Shown one piece after another: positions 11,247 to 22,920 of a DNA stretch of 64,000 nt. Origin of the DNA: Squalus acanthias (Eukaryota); contig CM059433.1 in assembly GCA_030390025.1 (NCBI GenBank), forward strand, positions 22,570,001-22,634,000, read 5' to 3'. Position numbers and translations under genes: made by a program. Each line of letters opens with the position of its first letter. Position 1 is the stretch's first letter. A model generated the notes under the pieces. The model searched no databases and had not been told where the DNA came from. It worked only from the letters and a program-made list of their open reading frames with translations.

Positions 11247-11716
11247 ATCAGCTGTGGCTCAGTGGGTAGCACTCTCGCCTCTGAGTCAGAAGGTTGTGGG
11301 TTCATAGTTCCACTCCAGAGACTTGAACACAAAAATCTAGGCTGACACTCCAGTGCAGTGCTGAGGGAGTGCTCCACTGTTGGAGGTGCCGTCTTTCGGA
11401 TGAGACATTAAAACCAAGGCCCCGTCTGCCCTCTCAGGTGGACGTAAAGGATCCTCTGGTACTATTTTGAAGAAGAGCAGGGGAGTTATTCCCAGTAGCC
11501 TGGCCAATATTTATCCCTCCATCAACATCACTAAAACAGATTATCTGGTCATTATCACATTGCTGTTTGTGGGAGCTTGCTTTGCACAAATTGGCTGCTG
11601 CGTTTCCTACATTACAATAGTGACTACACCTTAAAAAGTACTTAATTGGCTGTAAAGCGCTTTGGGACGTCCGGTGGTCGTGAAAGGCGCTATATAAATG
11701 CAAGTCTTTCTTTCTT
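11247..11716 (+). mobile_element. tRNA-derived DeuSINE (SacSINE1/AmnSINE-related), near full length
   Basis: A box tggctcagtgg, B-box-like ggttc; Deu-type core gtgc..cactgt.ggaggtgccgtctttcggatgagac; L2-type tail aaggcgctatataaatgcaag(tctt)n. Confidence 0.85.
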
Positions 11717-12595
11717 ATAGAATAATCTCAGGTATGGTAATAAAGATAGGTTTTAAAAGGTAATAGAGGCCCACAAACTATTAGCAAAGCAGCTAATTGG
11801 ATAAAAATTGACTTTTCTCTACAAAGACAAAGGTTTCAGGTCTACACTGATCATAAACAATATGAATATCACATTTTCTGACTGTGACAAGTTATGTGAC
11901 CAGGTGACCAAGGCCAAGAGATTCAAAGGAATCAAGTAGATGAGCTACAGAACAGCTGATGGGTTTTAATTTTGATTAAAATGCAGATTGGACAGAAACT
12001 GTGAAACGTGTCTATAAAGCTTTCACTGAAAGTTTCCATTTGATTTGAACCTGTTGTCAACAAGTATTTTAGGCTCCCAATCTTCAAAAGAGCATTGATG
12101 TTTATGAAGAAGAAGAAAAAGCATCATGAATGACCAGAAGGAAGACTGTGTAGGCAAAATTCCCTAAGAATTTTCTTTAATGTGTCCTCAAAATGGAGTC
12201 AGTAATCAGACTGAACTACTGAACTATGGGAAACCAAGGGGCTCTTGCTATTGCCTTGAATACTGATGTGAAACAAAGCATTCTCACAGAAACTAGAGGA
12301 GCATAGGTCATCAAGGCCACAGGCCAGAGATAACTCAGTTGGAGATATAATCGTTCCACTCCTTATTGGAAAACATACAGAAGAGTTCTTAGTTAAGGAG
12401 CGATTGAGAAGTTATTGGAGTGAAATTGCCACCTGGCATGTCTGGATACTGACGCATCATTAACCTGAGGTCATCAGGGTACCAACATGGTTGTTTGAGG
12501 TGATTAACACTAAAAAGAGATGAACTCTTCTAACACATCACTCAGATTAGTCAATTGAATTGAAGGGTTTCTTTGAAAATTAAGGATATATAAGA

Positions 12596-13000
12596 TAGCA
12601 AAATACTGCAGATGCTGGAAATCACAAGATCATAACCTTAGCCCCAATCACATTTATATTTTATTTTATCATCCACCCTTTTATTTGCCCCCCCCCCCTT
12701 TTTTTTCCCTCCCAGAAGCTGGCAGCTGTCCTTCATTCTGCCAGTGGATTTCACACTTCTTTCAGCCTTAACCTGTCACATTAACACCACCTCTTGCCTT
12801 GAATATCTCTTAATGTCTCCTTTTGTTCTTTCACCCCCTCCCCCTTTTCCCAGCTTTATCCTTGCTTTAAATCTATTTGATTTCCGGCTGTTTCCAGTTC
12901 TGACGAAAGGTCATCGACCTGAAACGTTAACTCTGTTTCTCTCTCCACGGATGCTGCCTCGCCTGCTGAGTTTTTCCAGCGTTTTCTGTTGTTATTTATG
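12596..13000 (+). mobile_element. Penelope-like (family A) insertion with a short inverted terminal piece
   Basis: 14-bp TSD AAGGATATATAAGA (12582-12595, 13001-13014); 12596-12623 is the inverted 3' tip; hammerhead at 12896-12932. Confidence 0.9.
12896..12932 (+). ncRNA. Minimal hammerhead ribozyme (Penelope family A)
   Basis: agtt-CTGACGA-a-AGGTC atc GACCT-GAA-ACGT-T-aact. Confidence 0.72.
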
Positions 13001-13662
13001 AAGGATATATAAGAGGTTGTTTGTGACACTAAAACAAAGAAGTCCAGTTCAGTTCAATTTTTGGTTTTCTTAGTTCTTCTTTAGTTCTCGTTCGATAAGT
13101 AGTGCTTGCCTAATATGTGTCGAGAGTTGGCCCCGTAAAAGGAGGAAGGGGTATCTCAGCGAGAGGGAGATTATAGCAGTTAAGACTGTACCAGCCAGAT
13201 TCAGGCAGATGTAAGTACGTCACTTAGATGGAAAAGTTTTCCAGAGATCAAGGGAGGTGAGGTTTAAACCAGCTAGTCTAGATACAGCAAACGGCAAATA
13301 AAGTGTATTTACCCAGGAATAGAGCATCCAAGAGGAATGGATAACACCTCTACAGATGGAGGTTTATCATCTTGCTACCTCAGAGGGCAAACACTATCGT
13401 CCCAGAGGAAGGTGAGACAACCAACTCCACCACGCCAGCTCCTAAGGGCAAGCTTGTATAAGTTCTGGATACATTGCTAACTATAAGCAAATAGATCTTA
13501 CTCTATCCAATTGACTGGCTATCTAATGCTATTGACTTGTCAGCTAGCTAAGGAGTCTAACTCTAAATAATCTCACCAATTTATATCAATTTCAGGCACT
13601 GATTTTGACTGCAAACCAGTTAATGCTGAATTACTGTGATACAACTGAACTGCCTTTTTAAG

Positions 13663-14155
13663 CATAGAATCATACAGTACACGAGGAGGCCATTCGGCCC
13701 ATCGTGCCTGTGCCGGCTCTTTGAAAGAGCTATCCAATTAGTCCCACTCCCCTGCTCTTTCCCCATAGCCCTGCAAATATTTTCCTTTTAAGTATATATA
13801 CACTTCCCTTTTGAAAGTTACTATTGAATCTGCTTCCACCACCTTTTCAGGCAGTGCATTCCAGATCATAACAACTCGCTGTGTAAAAGAAATTCTCCTC
13901 ATCTCACCTCTGACTCTGTTACCAATTACCTAAAATCTGTGTCCTCTGGTTACCGACCCTTCTGCCAGTGGGAACAGTTTCTCCTTATTTACCCTATCAA
14001 AACCCCTCATAATTTTGAACACCTCTACTAAACCTCCACTTCACTTTCTTTGCTCTAAGGAGAACAAACTCAGCTTCTCCAGTCTCGCCACATAACTGAA
14101 TACCCTCATCCCCGGTATCATTCTGGTAAATCTTCTCTGCACCCTCTCCAAGATC
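13663..14155 (-). mobile_element. CR1 LINE 3' fragment
   Basis: Tail catagaatcat; homologous to 56658-57125; end of ORF2 (WNALPE..F(K)RE..) on the minus strand. Confidence 0.85.
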
Positions 14156-14385
14156 TGTTCATTCTGTTAGTTAACCTTATCTACTAGTTATTTGCAGAGT
14201 CAATGTTTAGGTTTAAGTGCTGGTAATGATGATTCTGAAGTTAATAAACAATTGTTAGTGCATGGCAAGCCTGACTTCTTCTTTGATGATTTGGCAAGGG
14301 TTAATTCAGTCACTCACATCTTGTGTGTGTTCTTTTAGAAGGTTGGAAGCATAAATGTGGATACAATACAAACTGGCTGATCTAA

Positions 14386-14702
14386 GACAACACGGTGGCA
14401 TAGTGGTTAGCACTGTTGCCTCACAGCGCCAGGGACCCGGGTTCGAATCTGGCCCCGGGTGACTGTCTGTGTGGAGTTTGCACATTCTCCCCGTGTCTGC
14501 GTGGGTTTCCTCCGGGTGCTCCGGTTTCCTCCCACAGGCCAAAGATGTGCGGGTTAGGTTGATTTGGCTATGATAAATTGAACCTTAGTGTTAGGGGGAC
14601 TAAATACGTGGGGTTACGGGGATAGGGTGGGCTATGTGTCGGTGCAGGCTCGATGGGCCGAAATGGCCTCTATCTGCATTGTGGGGATTCTGTGAAAAAA
14701 AA
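14386..14702 (+). mobile_element. tRNA-derived V-SINE (HE1-like)
   Basis: A box tggcatagtgg, B box ggttcgaatc; V-domain tgtgtggagtttgcac.ttctccccgtgtctgcgtgggtttcctccggg; CR1-like tail. Confidence 0.9.
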
Positions 14703-14707
14703 AGACA

Positions 14708-15765
14708 GTGGGTGATTTTCGCCAAATACTTTAGGCGGTAAAGAGGTGGCCAAGATGGGGTCTTAAGCTGAAATGTAGGTTTAGCCCACGTTTAGCGCAA
14801 GACACCAGTTTGGTAAAGGAGTTGAAGCCAGCGCTATGAACGGCCGCCCGGAGGCTTGTTAAACAGCTGATTGTTGCTTAAAATGCCTGCTAGTGCTCAT
14901 TAAAGAGGCTGCACGACATTTTGGTGGCTAGCGCTTCAGCTAACGCCCTCTCCTAACAGCGACCAGCTGTTTGGGAGTAAACATGGCATTGACGTCGATT
15001 TTAAGCGCTACTTAAAGGGCTACTCACCACTTAAAGGGATACTCGCCATTTCATCGTCAATGCTGCTGGAGTTGTGAAGAGGATCTCTGAAACACATCAG
15101 GAGACTTTCTGGGACACTTTGTCAAGACATCACCAACACTCCAGTAACATTTATTCCGAAAATTCTCTGAGGACTTCACCTAAAAAGAGTGAGTGCTGTG
15201 CTACTCCATCTTATTGGGCAACTTATAGGAGTCACCAGGAGAAAGGGAGTGCTTGGTCATGGGCATCTTGCTAGGGGTCCCTCTTGGTCTGGGCGAGGAA
15301 TGGGAAGAGGACAAGAGAGCAGGCAGAGCAGCACCAGCTGCTGCAGGAGAGAGGGACAGGAGGGCGAGGTGGCGTCCTTCCCGCCTGCGGGTACAGGCCA
15401 TCCCTCCTGCTCTGGCCCTCCTCCAACAGGACCTCCAGTGCCGGGTCTGAGAACCTGTATGTCCTTTCCCTCGGTCCCTGAGCCATCCTGCAACCTGCCA
15501 CTGTGTTTCACCCAGAGCACTCCACACCTTCAGTGGAAGTGGGTGCGAGGAGCCCACATATAATGCGCCACGAAAATTGTGTCTAATCAGTGCTTGAGTG
15601 CTAAACCTGCAGGTATCTGTTTAGCCCCTCCAGGCAAGTTCAAATTGTAGTAATCAGCAATTCGGACCAAAATTGTGTGCTAAATCCGGACTTTCAAACA
15701 AGCATGTCTTATTAGCACAGCACCTATTTAGCGCCTGTTTTCACCCTTTGGCCAAAATAACCACC
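14708..15765 (+). mobile_element. Non-autonomous Harbinger derivative with a remnant of the transposase 5' region
   Basis: Imperfect TIR GTGGGTGATTTTCGCCAAA / TTTGGCCAAAATAACCACC; purine-rich 15230-15500 resembles the transposase 5' end at 47690-47940 (tcctgcaacctgc vs ctgcaggcagacctgc). Confidence 0.55.
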
Positions 15766-16838
15766 ATGGAGGGTGGCAAATCCAAGCATAATTCACTCCT
15801 AGGCATAGACTGGGTCATAAACCCCAGGCAGTCCTTGACGAGGAGTTCCAATATTCTTGTCAGGGTACCAATTTCAGTGTTCTTATAACTAGAGACTGAT
15901 ACTACATGGGAGGAAGCATAGGATGAGAACATGACTGATAACCGTACATCTCTGATGACAGTGAAAGCTTTAAGTCTGGAAACATCTGTCAGTAAATATT
16001 TTATCAGCCTTGGATTATTAGTGATTAAAAGGTCCTGCAAACCTCAAACTCAAAACCTCCCCCCCCCACCCCACCCCGCTCCATTAATTCAGTGGTTGAT
16101 CAGTAATCAATTGAAAGATAAGCATTTCATTTTTGAGTTAAAATAAAACTCTTTTGGAAAGATTGAACGCGTTGGTCCTGAAATGATGCTGTGGGATACT
16201 AACGTGTGAATCCTTCTCTGAAATTTCTTCCTCTGCTATTTTAGTGGAGATGTTAACCAATTTATGTCAAATGGATTAATGCCTCTGTTACAGTATCAGA
16301 GAGAAGACTTTTAGACACACTTTCAGCACTTTGTATACTATTATATCCCACAGTGTAATTTGAGGCAATTGTGAATTCCCTACTTTGCCTGACATTCTAT
16401 GATATAATTCATTCTTAGATCATTTCTGATCTTTTTACTCTAGTGGATTTAGTGGTCATTAACATTTTGTTATGTAGCTATGAGCTTTTGTTTATAAATG
16501 TTTAAAAAAAATACTTTCTCTTATTTTGGATCTTGCTTGATTTTCAAAGTAGGAATGTTGTTAATATTTTTGTAAAAAACCTTTGTTTTTGAAGAAGAAG
16601 AATATCTATAATAAATTATTAAAAGTCTTACATTTGTCATGCACTTTCTGTACTCATTACACTTACTTCCTGTGTCATGATTTTTCAACAACACTTATTT
16701 TTTTATATTCGTTCCTGGGATGTGGGCGACGCTGGCAACATTTAATGTCATGATGTGGAGATGCCGGCGTTGGACTGGGGTGGACAAAAATGAGAAGTCG
16801 CACAACACCAGGTTATAGTCCAACAGATTTATTTAATT

Positions 16839-16877
16839 TTACAAGCTTTCGAAGCAGTTCGCTCCTTCGTCAGGTAA
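16839..16877 (-). ncRNA. Minimal hammerhead ribozyme (Penelope family B, left arm)
   Basis: Minus strand: ttac-CTGACGA-a-GGAGC gaact GCTTC-GAA-AGCT-T-gtaa. Confidence 0.75.
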
Positions 16878-17355
16878 GTTAGCAATGAGAGAATCTCCCA
16901 GAATTCACAATTTAAACCCAGACACAATCTATTCACATTATTCCCTACAACAAAGAGCACAGCCAAGACAATGAGATGTGTCCCAGGGGGTCCAACGTGT
17001 CAAACCACCTGCTGGCTGCATATCCTGTCAATTTGTGTTCTTGTGTTAGTCTTTTTAAAAAAAAACACCTGGGAAGACCGGCCATGATGTCAAGTCACGT
17101 TCTGTATCGTGACATGAACCCGATATCGCGATTGAGGCCATCCTCATGAGTGCGGAACTTGGCTATCAGTTTCTGCTCTATGATTTTGCGCTGTCGTGTA
17201 TCTCGAAGGCCGCCTTGGAGAACGCTTACCCGCAGATCCGAGGCTGAATGCCCCTGGCTGCTGAAGTGTTCCCCGACTGGGAGGCAACCCTCCTGCCTGG
17301 CGATTGTTGCGCGGTGTCCGTTCATACGTTGTCTCAGTGTCTGCATGGTCTCGCC

Positions 17356-17867
17356 TCCACTACTCGCCTTCAAGCAGCCGCCTAACCTCAAAAGTACCAT
17401 CGTTCGCAGCAGATTACCCATCTTTCAGGAGAACAGCAACCAAGACACCACACAACCCTGCCACAGCAACCTCTGCAAGACATGCCAAATCATGGACACA
17501 GATACCATCATTACACGTGAGGACACTACCCACCAGGTACACGGTACATACTCATGTGACTCGGCCAACGTTGTCTACCTAATACGTTGCAGTAAAGGAT
17601 GCTCCAGAGCATGGTACATCGGCGAGACCATGCAGACACTGAGACAACGTATGAAAGGACACCGCGCAACAATCGCCAGGCAGGAGGGTTGCCTCCCAGT
17701 CGGGGAACACTTCAGCAGCCAGGGGCATTCAGCCTCGGATCTGCGGGTAAGCGTTCTCCAAGGCGGCCTTCGAGATACACGACAGCGCAAAATCATAGAG
17801 CAGAAACTGATAGCCAAGTTCCGCACTCATGAGGATGGCCTCAATCGCGATATCGGGTTCATGTCAC
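17356..17867 (+). CDS. C-terminal linker and GIY-YIG endonuclease domain of a Penelope-like ORF (5'-truncated, frame open)
   Basis: PPNLK..PCHSNLCKTC..YSCDSANVVYLIRCSKGC..WYIGETMQTLRQRMKGHR..VGEHF..EQKLIAKF..GLNRD. Confidence 0.88.
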
Positions 17868-18262
17868 ATAGAAACATAGAAACATAGAATCTAGGAGCAG
17901 GAGTAGGCCATTCGGCCCGTCGAGCCTGCTCCACCATTCAATACGATCATGGCTGATCATCCAAATCCAGTACCCTGTCCCTGCTTTAATCCCCACAGTA
18001 CACATATCCCACCCTACCCCCATAACCCCACATATTTAATCCCCCCCTAACACTAAGGGTCAATTTTTCATAGCCAAATCAACCTAACCCGCACATTTTT
18101 GGACTGTGGGAGGAAACCGGAGCACCCGGAGGAAACCCACGCAGACACGGGGAGAATGTGCAAACTCCACACAGACAGTCACCCTAGGTCAGATTCGAAC
18201 CCGGGTCCCTGGCGCTGTGAGGCACCAGTGCTAACCACTATGCCACCGTGTTGCCCTATACA
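17868..18262 (-). mobile_element. V-SINE (HE1-like) with a long CR1 3' tail, inserted in the Penelope right arm
   Basis: 18000-18257 is the reverse complement of the 14386 SINE; 17868-17985 is the reverse complement of the CR1 3' end at 44400-44520; absent from the left arm. Confidence 0.88.
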
Positions 18263-18495
18263 ATACAGAACGTGACTTGACATCATGGCCGGTCTTCCCA
18301 GGTGTTTTTTTTTTTTTAAAAGACTAACACAAGAACACAAATTGACAGGATATGCAGCCAGCAGGTGGTTTGACACGTTGGACCCCCTGGGACACATCTC
18401 ATTGTCTTGGCTGTGCTCTTTGTTGTAGGGAATAATGTGAATAGATTTTGTCTGGGTTTAAATTGTGAATTCTGGGAGATTCTCTCATTGCTAAC

Positions 18496-18534
18496 TTACC
18501 TGACGAAGGAGCGAACTGCTTCGAAAGCTTGTAA
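18496..18534 (+). ncRNA. Minimal hammerhead ribozyme (Penelope family B, right arm)
   Basis: ttac-CTGACGA-a-GGAGC gaact GCTTC-GAA-AGCT-T-gtaa. Confidence 0.75.
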
Positions 18535-18657
18535 AATTAAATAAATCTGTTGGACTATAACCTGGTGTTGTGCGACTTCTCAACATTTAATGTGAAATTG
18601 TTATGTAAACGATGCATTTAAGTGAAAGCTAGATAACACATGAGGGACAAAGGAATA

Positions 18658-19583
18658 TAACAACAACAACAACTTGTATTTATATAGCGCCTTTATGCAG
18701 TAAGATGTCCCAAGGCGCTTTACAGGAGCATTATCAAACAAACTTTGACACCGAGCCACATAAGAAGATATTGGGGCAGACAAGAGGTAGGCTTACAGGA
18801 GGAGAGAGAGTTAGAGATGCAGAGAGGTTTAGGGAGGGAGTTCCAGAGCTTAGGATCTCGGCAGCTGAAGGCATGGCCAGCAATGTTGGAGCGATTAAAA
18901 TCGGGGATGAGTAAAAAGCCAGAATTGGAGGAGCGCAGATATCTCAGAGGGTTGTTGGGCTGGAGGAGGTTACAGAGATAGGGAGGGGCCAAGCCATGGA
19001 GGGATTTGAAAACAAGGGTGAGAATTTTAAAATTAAGGCGTTGCTTAACCGGGAGCCAATGTAGGTCAGCGAGCACAGGGGTGATGGGTGAATGGGACTT
19101 GGTGCAAGTTAGGACATGGGCAGCCAAGTTTTAGATGACCTCAAGTTTACAGAGGATGGAAGATGGGAGGCTGGCCAGGAGTGCATTGGAATAGTCAAGT
19201 CTAGAGGTAGCAAAGGCATGGATGAGGAGTTCAGCAGCGGATGAGCTGAGGCAAGGGCGGAGATGGGCAATATGGAGGTGGAAATAGGCAGTCTTAGTGA
19301 TGGCATGGATATGTGGTCGGAAACTCATCTCGGGGTCAAATACAACACCAAGGTTGCAAACAGTCTGGTTCAGCCTCAGACAGTTGCTAGGGAGAGGGCT
19401 GGAGTCGGTGGCCAGGGAACGGAGTTTGTGGCGGTCTTCCCAATATTTAGTGGGAAGAAATTTCTGCTCATCCAGTACTGGATGTCGGACAAGTAGTGTG
19501 GCAATTTAGAGACAGTGGAGGGGTCAAGAGAGGTAGTGGTGAGGTAGTGCTGGGTGTCATCGGCGTACATATGGAAACTGACA
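18658..19583 (-). mobile_element. L2 LINE, 5'-truncated, frameshifted RT C-terminus and 3' tail
   Basis: YADDTQ, LIHAFATSRLDYSNALL, PITPVLADLHWLPV, PKLWNSLP; (gtt)n tail. Confidence 0.92.
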
Positions 19584-19837
19584 GAAGGATATGTTGATAG
19601 GGTTAGATGAGGAAGGGTGGGAGGAGGCCCATGTAGAGCATAACTCCGACATAAACCAGTTGCGCCGAATGACCTGTTTCTGTGCTGCGCATTCTATGTA
19701 ATTCTATGTAAATATTAGAAATTCCTCTCTCTTATTTACTGACCATCTACTGGCCACATTTCCAGCCCCTGCAACCTCTCTTAATTTACATTGTCTCTCT
19801 GTTAAAAATGTCAAATTTCCCTCTTCATAAACTTCTG

Positions 19838-20010
19838 TGTGAAATGAGGAGAATTTTTTTTTACTCAGCGAGTTATTATGATCTGGAATGCACGGCCGAA
19901 AGGGTGGTGGAAGCACAGTCAGTAGTAACTTTCAAAAGGGAATTAGATAAATATCTGAAAGGGGAGAAAATTGCAGAGGAATGGGACTAACTGGATAGCT
20001 CCTTCAAAGT
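19838..20010 (+). mobile_element. CR1 3' fragment
   Basis: WNA.AERVVEA..VTFKRELDKYLK; matches the reverse complement of 13700-13900. Confidence 0.75.
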
Positions 20011-20027
20011 AACCATGAAGCTGTTTG

Positions 20028-20284
20028 ATTGTCATAAAAACATAACTGGTTCACTAATGTCCTTTAGGGAAGGACATCTGCCATCCTTACATGGTCTGGT
20101 CTATATGTGACTCCACTCTCACATGGTTGACTCTTAACTGCGCTCTGAACTGGCCTAGCAAATTACTCAGTTGTATCAAATCACTTGCAGCGGTTCAAGA
20201 AGAAAGCCCACCACCATCTTCACAGGGCAACTAGGGATGGGCAATAACTGCCGACCTTACCAGTGACACCCACATCCCAAGAAG
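20028..20284 (+). mobile_element. SINE body plus LINE-derived tail (possibly MetaSINE-type; family label uncertain)
   Basis: Core shared with 845-988; tail gcagcggttca..gggcaa.tagggatgggcaataa..cccacat matches the LINE 3' end at 42150-42250. Confidence 0.65.
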
Positions 20285-22154
20285 GACTGTACCATCCTTA
20301 CATGATGCTATTTTAACTAGCTCATTACATTCAACTAGCTCATTACATTGCATGATAGAAAATACTAGATGGTTCACAAACATTTTTAAATCTGTGTTAA
20401 ACTTCACACTTCCAACCTTTCCTGATGTGGTCATTCAACTTCTTTCTGTATTACACACATGCCCTTGGCATGATGCTGCTACTGCATATGGCCTCAGGCA
20501 CTTCATGATCACTTCATGATCTTCCTTCAATGATGGGAAAATAGGATACCCCTCCTCTGCTCTACTTCCTGTAACAATGGTTCAATAGTCTTGTGCTCAA
20601 AGCAGGGTGCCCTCATGCAACCAGCTTTCTTTACTGGCATGCTGATTGATTGCAAACTGTTTTAAGTGCTGCTGTCGTGAAACCTCTATCCTTTGCATCA
20701 CTGCTTTAAAAATGATCGTCTAGTAAATATAATTTCTCAGAAGCACTCCAGGATACCTGTAGGTTGCAGGTTTCCACACTGCTCAGCCAGGCTCAGGCTT
20801 CCCTCCTTCCACAGGCACTCCCAAGGCCCCAAGGCACTCCCTCCCCTCTACAGACCCACAGACTTTGAAAGGCCTGCAGTAGAGCTTCCAATTTCTGTGC
20901 TCAATGGGAGGCCTTAGTGCTAGCCCACATAACACCATGACATGCAGCTTAAACCCAAGACAAATTTGGAGTGCAGAAAAGTGAAGTCGGGCGCAGCGCC
21001 CTTTGTGTGAAGTCTTTGCATAGCGCTCGTCTCCATGGGGCCCCAGGAAAATCAGCCCTTATGTGTGAAAACCAACAGCAGGTCCGGAAACTAATCAGGA
21101 AAGCAAAGGGATTGTCACAGCACAAGTCAAGTAAATTAAATAATTCTTTCTCATTGATGTATCCTGCTCATAGATTGAGATAATCCCATCGATATCGCTT
21201 CATGAACTTTTGTTCACTCTTGCCTTCTAGGGGTTTTCTTCCTTTTTCCTGCTTCTGCACGATACAAAGACTTGGCCAATTTCTCATTGATTTTTCTGTC
21301 ATCACCATTGATGTCTTACTGTTCTGTCTCAGAAAATGTTTTACAGTCTACCTATTCTGTAGAAAGAGTTATCAATTCTGTATCTTCAATTCCTTCTGTC
21401 TTTTTGTTGCATCTCTTCTATTCGACAGTCAAGTAAATTCAGCACCAATTTATCTCCACATTAGTATTTTCTTGTTTCTGTCTCAGATCAAAGCTGGTTT
21501 CAGTCCATGTAGTCCCTGCCTTAGAGCATTTCCAATGATAGTGCAGATAGCACTTTTGTTATGTTCTGCCTAACAACATTTTGTAGAGTGTGATGCCTGT
21601 CTTCATCTGTTGAAATGGAAATGCCAAGAACGTCTCAAGTGCTGGAAAGTGGTCCTCAGCCCAGCTCCATGTAACATAGGAATATTTGGAGCTGATTTTC
21701 CATCCTAACCAGTATTGTAGAACAGAAAAGCATCAGTGAGACACAGGAAGACCTTGTTACAGTATCGAGCCACTTCAAGAGCACTTGTTATGCAAGCTAT
21801 ACAGCCAGAAATATAAATAAGCATGTAATTCTTGCCCAGTGCTTGGCAAGTTTGTGACTCAAAGGCTTAGCATTAAAGGAACCAAGAGCTCCTGAGTTTT
21901 TGCTCACTGGTATCTGGGTTCTGCAGCATTGTTGTGATGTTTAGCTGCTAAGTGGCCTGTGCTTTGAAGGCCACTGTTCTAAATAGGCCACTGCAGATCA
22001 TTGTGGCTACTTAGAAACTTTGGAGATAAATCAGAGATCAATCAGAGCATAGTTATAATTGTTTATAAATTTCAGGCAGCAGGATAATGATTGCTTTCTT
22101 ACTCCTATGTTTTGCATCTGTAACAAAATGTGTCAGCTGTTATATGACGTCTAG

Positions 22155-22920
22155 GGCGCTAAAACTTACCGCTGCGACCACCTGCGCGCGCAGATTGTGA
22201 CGTCATTCCATGGTGCAATGCCCTTGTGGCGCCCCGGAGCGGAAATTGAGTGGCGCCCCCTGCCTTACCGCCTGACGCTAGCAACGACCAGAAGACTGGA
22301 ACGCTATCAATCGCTGTGGGGCTGGGGGGGGGCGCTATTTAAAGGGGGCCTCTTCCTGTCTTTTATTGTTGGTGGCATTTTTGAACTACGCATTCTGAGA
22401 GAGAGAGGGAGAGACTTCTGGAGAGATTCAACGTTGTGTGAAGGAGTTTTGGGTACTGAGCAGCACTTTGCAGGTTCATTTTGATTTGCCATTCCTTGTA
22501 TCGATTTAGCAGAGACTGTGGGAGCTGCACTCTGAGCTCTTTGCCTGGTACTCTCCATTGTTCTTTCCAGCACATTTGATGTGCAAGTCTCTCCAGGCCG
22601 AGATTCAAGGCTGCAATGAACAGGATGTGGATGGAAAGCAAGATTAACCATCCCCTTTAAGAACTGGCCCATGCCATTGTGTGTGTGTTCCATTGCTGAC
22701 TGACATTACATGAGCTTCGCCAGCGCTCTGAGTTAGCGCCTCACTGCTCGGCCTTTGCGCCTTAAGACAGGTGTGCAGCGCCTGCTTTAGCGCTCCACTC
22801 ACCTCCCGGGGCGGTAAAAGTGAAGTTTCCAGTCAGTGCCGATAATTAGCGCCAGGCGCTAATATTTGCGTCCAGACGATATTTGCGCCCAAAATGGGGC
22901 GCGACCTAATTTCTACCCCC
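22155..22920. mobile_element. Harbinger-type MITE/derivative
   Basis: Right end aatttctaccccc|TAG; GCGC-rich subterminal repeats; left end TAG|ggcgctaaaac is degenerate. Confidence 0.6.

Larger units (their letters stand above)
16749..18582. mobile_element. Penelope-like element (family B) with inverted arms (minus-strand arm 16749-17355, plus-strand arm 17356-18582)
   Basis: TSD ACATTTAATGT (16738-16748, 18583-18593); arms are near-identical reverse complements; GIY-YIG ORF; a hammerhead in each arm. Confidence 0.92.

Noticed and set aside
14386..14460. tRNA gene (also 11247-11320, 18185-18257, 35965-36039)
   Set aside because: These are tRNA-derived SINE heads continuing into SINE bodies
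17095..17887. 245-aa ORF and overlapping antisense ORFs as a novel gene
   Set aside because: Artefact of the Penelope inversion: the N-terminal part is the antisense of the same GIY-YIG sequence
21202..21573. 123-aa hydrophobic ORF, or a coding exon on the opposite strand
   Set aside because: T-rich composition explains it; the opposite-strand frame I read has stops and no recognisable protein
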